A stretch of 38,060 nt of DNA from an uncultured Planctomycetia bacterium (GTDB lineage Bacteria; Omnitrophota; Gorgyraeia; 2-02-FULL-51-18): positions 1-38,060 of the forward strand of contig CAZBIH010000001.1 in NCBI GenBank assembly GCA_964492015.1, written 5' to 3'. Below the pieces are notes generated by a model. That model was not told the DNA's origin and ran no database searches. It saw only the letters and a list, made by a program, of their open reading frames with translations. Position 1 is the stretch's first letter, and each line of letters starts with the position of its first letter. Made by a program: the position numbers and the translations under genes. Below, piece by piece: positions 35,155 through 38,060 of the stretch.

Positions 35155-35858
35155 AAATGGCGCCTTAGTTCGATCAGACTACGCAGGGTCTTGAGCGCTG
35201 TCCGGAGGGGTGAAGCATGGCTTTTTTTATCATAATGGGTCCAAGTCACCGGCACCTGGGCCATCGGCACGCCTTCCCGTTTCAGACGGCAGAAAAATTC
35301 CACATCGAAAGTCCAGTCTTTCATGCGGTTTTGAGAATAAATGCGCTTGCCAAGCTCGGTTCGAAACGCCTTGAAACCGCAATTGAAATCACTGCACTTC
35401 AAACGAAAAAGAACCCGGCACAAGGCGCGGTATCCCCCACCCAGGAAACGGCGCATCCAGGGCTGGGGCCGGGTGATGTTTGCGCCGGGCAAGTGGCGCG
35501 AAGCAATGACAACTTGGACTCCTTTTTCAAACAACGGTTCAAATTTCTCCCATTCTTGAATAGAAGTTGAGTTATCCGCGTCCAAAAAAAGGCTGTACTC
35601 GTATTGAGCCAGTAAGATCCCTTTTTTAAGGGCCTCTCCTTTGCCGCCGTTTTTTTCCTGGTTGACGAGCCGCAATTCGGGATAGCGCGGCGCCAACTCC
35701 CGGACCTTGGACTCGGTGCCGTCGGTACTTCCGTCGTTGACCACCAAGACCTCGAACGTATATTTTTTGGCGCGAAAATAATCCAACACTTCCCTCAGAG
35801 TGGGGGCGATGAGTTCTTCCTCATTATAGGCCGGCACCACCACCGAGAGCTCTTTCAC
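35151..35858 (-). CDS. GT2 glycosyltransferase, dolichyl/polyprenyl-phosphate beta-glucosyltransferase (ALG5)-like
   Basis: Motifs LSVVVPAYNEE, VLVVNDGSTDGT, NGGKGEAL and LFLDADNS. I prefer the GTG at 35858 (GTGA overlap, AGGGG 6 nt upstream) over the TTG at 35885. Confidence 0.85.
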   Translation of the reverse strand: MKELSVVVPAYNEEELIAPTLREVLDYFRAKKYTFEVLVVNDGSTDGTESKVRELAPRYPELRLVNQEKNGGKGEALKKGILLAQYEYSLFLDADNSTSIQEWEKFEPLFEKGVQVVIASRHLPGANITRPQPWMRRFLGGGYRALCRVLFRLKCSDFNCGFKAFRTELGKRIYSQNRMKDWTFDVEFFCRLKREGVPMAQVPVTWTHYDKKSHASPLRTALKTLRSLIELRRHF

Positions 35859-36610
35859 CGGGGCGCCCCTATTTTTCTCCCCCAATAAAGCCCTATCAGA
35901 GCAAAGTAACCCGCGATGGTTCTAAGCGGCCGATTTTTGCTGACACCAGGCTTTTTGTCATAGTTAAGGACGAACGGCACTTCACAGATTTTGGCGCCCA
36001 GCATGCGAAATTTAACCAGAATTTCCGGAGTCACAACAAATCCCATATGAGGGAGCCGGACAAAATGATCCCCGTAAACGTCGATCGCTTTTTTGATGGC
36101 GGATGCCCGGATCACGCGGTAACCGCAGCTGTATTCCTGCACGCCCCGGATCGGGAAAAAAAACTTTAGCAGCAATCCCGCTCCGCGACTCAAGAAACTC
36201 CTAAAAAATGAAAGCCCCTCTTCCCCGCCGCCTTTTTGGTAGCGTGAAAGGATCACAAGATCATAGCCTTCTTTTATTTTCTCAAACGCGGCGGACATAT
36301 ACTTGGGGTCATGCGTGTCATCGCAGTCCATCGTCACTAGAATATCTTCCGGGTCAGAAATTTTTGCGATGTGGCCAAAACCATCGATCAGAGTCTGCCC
36401 CAGACCCTGATTCACCGGATGACGCAAGAGTTCCAGGGGATAGGCTCCGGAAAGTTTTCCGGCTTTCTCGGCCGTGCGATCCGAACTGCCGTCATCCAGG
36501 ACGGTGATTTGATAAGATAGCTTGAGTTTTTTAAACTCCGTGTCAAATTTTTGAACCAGCCGCCCAAGCGCGATCTCTTCGTTGTAGGCCGGCAAAAAAA
36601 CGCGGATCAT
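35855..36610 (-). CDS. GT2 glycosyltransferase, DPM1/polyprenyl-phosphate-mannose-synthase-like
   Basis: Motifs VFLPAYNEE, ITVLDDGSSDRT, NQGLGQ and VTMDCDDTHDP. The ATG at 36610 is in an ATGA overlap. The 49 extra track codons overlap the upstream DegT. Confidence 0.85.
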   Translation of the reverse strand: MIRVFLPAYNEEIALGRLVQKFDTEFKKLKLSYQITVLDDGSSDRTAEKAGKLSGAYPLELLRHPVNQGLGQTLIDGFGHIAKISDPEDILVTMDCDDTHDPKYMSAAFEKIKEGYDLVILSRYQKGGGEEGLSFFRSFLSRGAGLLLKFFFPIRGVQEYSCGYRVIRASAIKKAIDVYGDHFVRLPHMGFVVTPEILVKFRMLGAKICEVPFVLNYDKKPGVSKNRPLRTIAGYFALIGLYWGRKIGAPR

Positions 36611-37740
36611 GTTGAAAAAAACTCCCGCATCACGGAAGTGACGCGATCCACCGCTGAACCCGGAAGATCCGCGAATAGGGGAAGCGAGAGGATCGTTTTG
36701 CACAGCTTCTCGCTGACAGGCATGTCGCCCGGCTTGTAGCCAAGATCTTTGTAGCAAGGCTGTAAATGCAGCGCGACCGGATAATAGATCCCGCTGCCAA
36801 TATTCCAGGATCCCAAAAGATCATGCAGCGCGTCACGCCTGTCCGTCGTGATCGAATAAAGATGGTAGGTGTGCTTGGCGCCCTCCGGGGCCGAAGGGGT
36901 TGTCAGCGGCAGGCCGCGAAGTCCTTTTTCATAACGGCGCGCCAAAACAGAGCGCGCATCATTCCATTCGTCGATCTTTTTTAATTTGGCTAAAAGCACC
37001 GCCGCCTGAATTTCATCCAGACGGCTGTTGATCCCCACCCGCTCGTGATGATACTTATCCCGCATGCCGTGATTGCGCAAAAGCTTCAGCTGGTCCGCCA
37101 ATTTTGACGAGGAGGTGACCACCATCCCCCCGTCGCCGGCGCCTCCCAAATTTTTGGTGGGGTAAAAAGAGAAGCACCCAATATCTCCCATCGAACCGGT
37201 CTGCCGGCCCTTGTAAGAGGCGCCGAAAGATTGAGCTGCGTCTTCCACCACGGGAATGGCGTGACGCTTGGCAAGCGCCAGAATAGGATCCATCGCGCAA
37301 GGCAATCCAAATAAATGCACGGGCATAATTACTTTTGTTTTTTTGGTGATCTTGGCTTCGATCTTTTGAGGGTCCAAGTTGAACGTCTTGGGATCGACAT
37401 CCACGAATACAGGCCTGGCTCCCGTTCGCGAAATGGAGCCCGCGGTCGCAAAAAAACTGAACGGCGTCGTGATCACCTCGTCCTGCGGACCTACCCCCAA
37501 CGCCAAGAGCGCCAGATACAGTGCATCGGAGCCGTTGGCCACGCCCAGCGCGTATTGCGCGCCTATTTTTTTGGCGATCTTTTCCTCAAGTTCCCGACTG
37601 TACTCGCCCAGGATGAATTTTTGACTGGAAAAAATTTTCTTCAGCGCGCGGTTAATCTCAGACTGAATAGACTTTTGCTGGCGGGAAAGATCAATGAACG
37701 GCACTCGCGCCGAAGAAGTTTTTTTCACGGTGGAGATCAA
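36607..37740 (-). CDS. DegT-family PLP-dependent sugar aminotransferase (ArnB/WecE-like)
   Basis: Motifs GVANGSDALYLAL, VVEDAAQSFG and FSFYPTKNLGGAGDGG (Lys). TTG at 37740 in a TTGA overlap; an alternative GTG lies at 37728. Confidence 0.9.
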   Translation of the reverse strand: MISTVKKTSSARVPFIDLSRQQKSIQSEINRALKKIFSSQKFILGEYSRELEEKIAKKIGAQYALGVANGSDALYLALLALGVGPQDEVITTPFSFFATAGSISRTGARPVFVDVDPKTFNLDPQKIEAKITKKTKVIMPVHLFGLPCAMDPILALAKRHAIPVVEDAAQSFGASYKGRQTGSMGDIGCFSFYPTKNLGGAGDGGMVVTSSSKLADQLKLLRNHGMRDKYHHERVGINSRLDEIQAAVLLAKLKKIDEWNDARSVLARRYEKGLRGLPLTTPSAPEGAKHTYHLYSITTDRRDALHDLLGSWNIGSGIYYPVALHLQPCYKDLGYKPGDMPVSEKLCKTILSLPLFADLPGSAVDRVTSVMREFFST

Positions 37741-38060
37741 GCGGCGGCTAAATGCGGTTCTTGGGTGTGGAGTTTGACAATTTCGTAATTGGTATTGCGT
37801 TGAGCCGCGACCTTCCCCATCTCCGAGATCAGGCGGATCGCCTCTTCCTTGGTGACTCCGGCGTAAAGCTTGTCGCTTTTGGTGGCGCTCACAACATTTT
37901 CTTCCATCAAAATACCGCCAAAATCGTCAGCGCCGAAACCCAGTGCGACCTGCGAAAGCTTGGGGCCCTCAGTTACCCAGCCAGCCTGCAAGTGCTGAAT
38001 GTTATCCAGCATAATACGCGACAAAGCAAGCATGCGCAGATACTCACTGCCGGTACGCCG
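37737..38060 (-). CDS. C-terminal 107 codons of an MqnC/MqnE/CofH-family radical-SAM enzyme (futalosine-pathway menaquinone biosynthesis); the 5' part lies outside the window
   Basis: The frame is open to the window edge (RRTGSEYLRMLALSRIMLDNIQHLQAGWVTEGPKLSQVALGFGADDFGGILMEENVVSATK...). The LALSRIxLDN, QxALxFGAxDxGG and xEExV blocks are typical of the C-terminal half of this family. Confidence 0.7.
   Translation of the reverse strand, partial: RRTGSEYLRMLALSRIMLDNIQHLQAGWVTEGPKLSQVALGFGADDFGGILMEENVVSATKSDKLYAGVTKEEAIRLISEMGKVAAQRNTNYEIVKLHTQEPHLAAA

Overview
All credible genes in this 38,060-nt window lie on the minus strand. They form one almost gapless cell-surface glycan biosynthesis supercluster of about 37.4 kb, with 34 glycan-related genes. 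On the right it abuts the 3' end of a futalosine-pathway (MqnC/MqnE-type) radical-SAM gene. On the left it abuts a 5'-truncated AlbA_2/HATPase_c_4-family gene. I read three modules, separated by the only two intergenic gaps longer than 20 nt, and each gap carries a near-consensus sigma70-type promoter. Module I (37740-23905) has a DegT aminotransferase, three polyprenyl-phosphate-type GT2 enzymes and four GT-C-fold membrane glycosyltransferases (two PMT/ArnT-like, one YfhO-family, one DUF2029-like). It also has an MBOAT plus two SGNH-like proteins, which I read as an O-acylation system. Module II (23860-8428) starts with a small HTH gene coupled to a complete legionaminic-acid-type nonulosonate pathway (LegB/C/G/I/H, PtmE and LegF equivalents). 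This is followed by a WbuX/HisH/HisF amidotransferase trio (acetamidino formation), two divergent TagF-like GT-B paralogues, a GT8-like transferase and a fused MsbA/PglK-type ABC exporter. Module III (8422-625) resembles an Arn-like lipid-carrier decoration pathway: GT-C protein, Nudix hydrolase, nucleotide-sugar dehydrogenase, hexapeptide acyltransferase, DegT aminotransferase, DPM1-like GT2 and SDR, plus a sugar C-methyltransferase. No RNA genes, CRISPR arrays or mobile-element genes were seen. The plus-strand ORFs in the track look like antisense shadows. All functional calls rest on by-eye motif recognition and gene context, since no database search was possible. Many ORF-track starts were moved to downstream starts that give 1-, 4- or 8-nt overlaps with the preceding stop codon.
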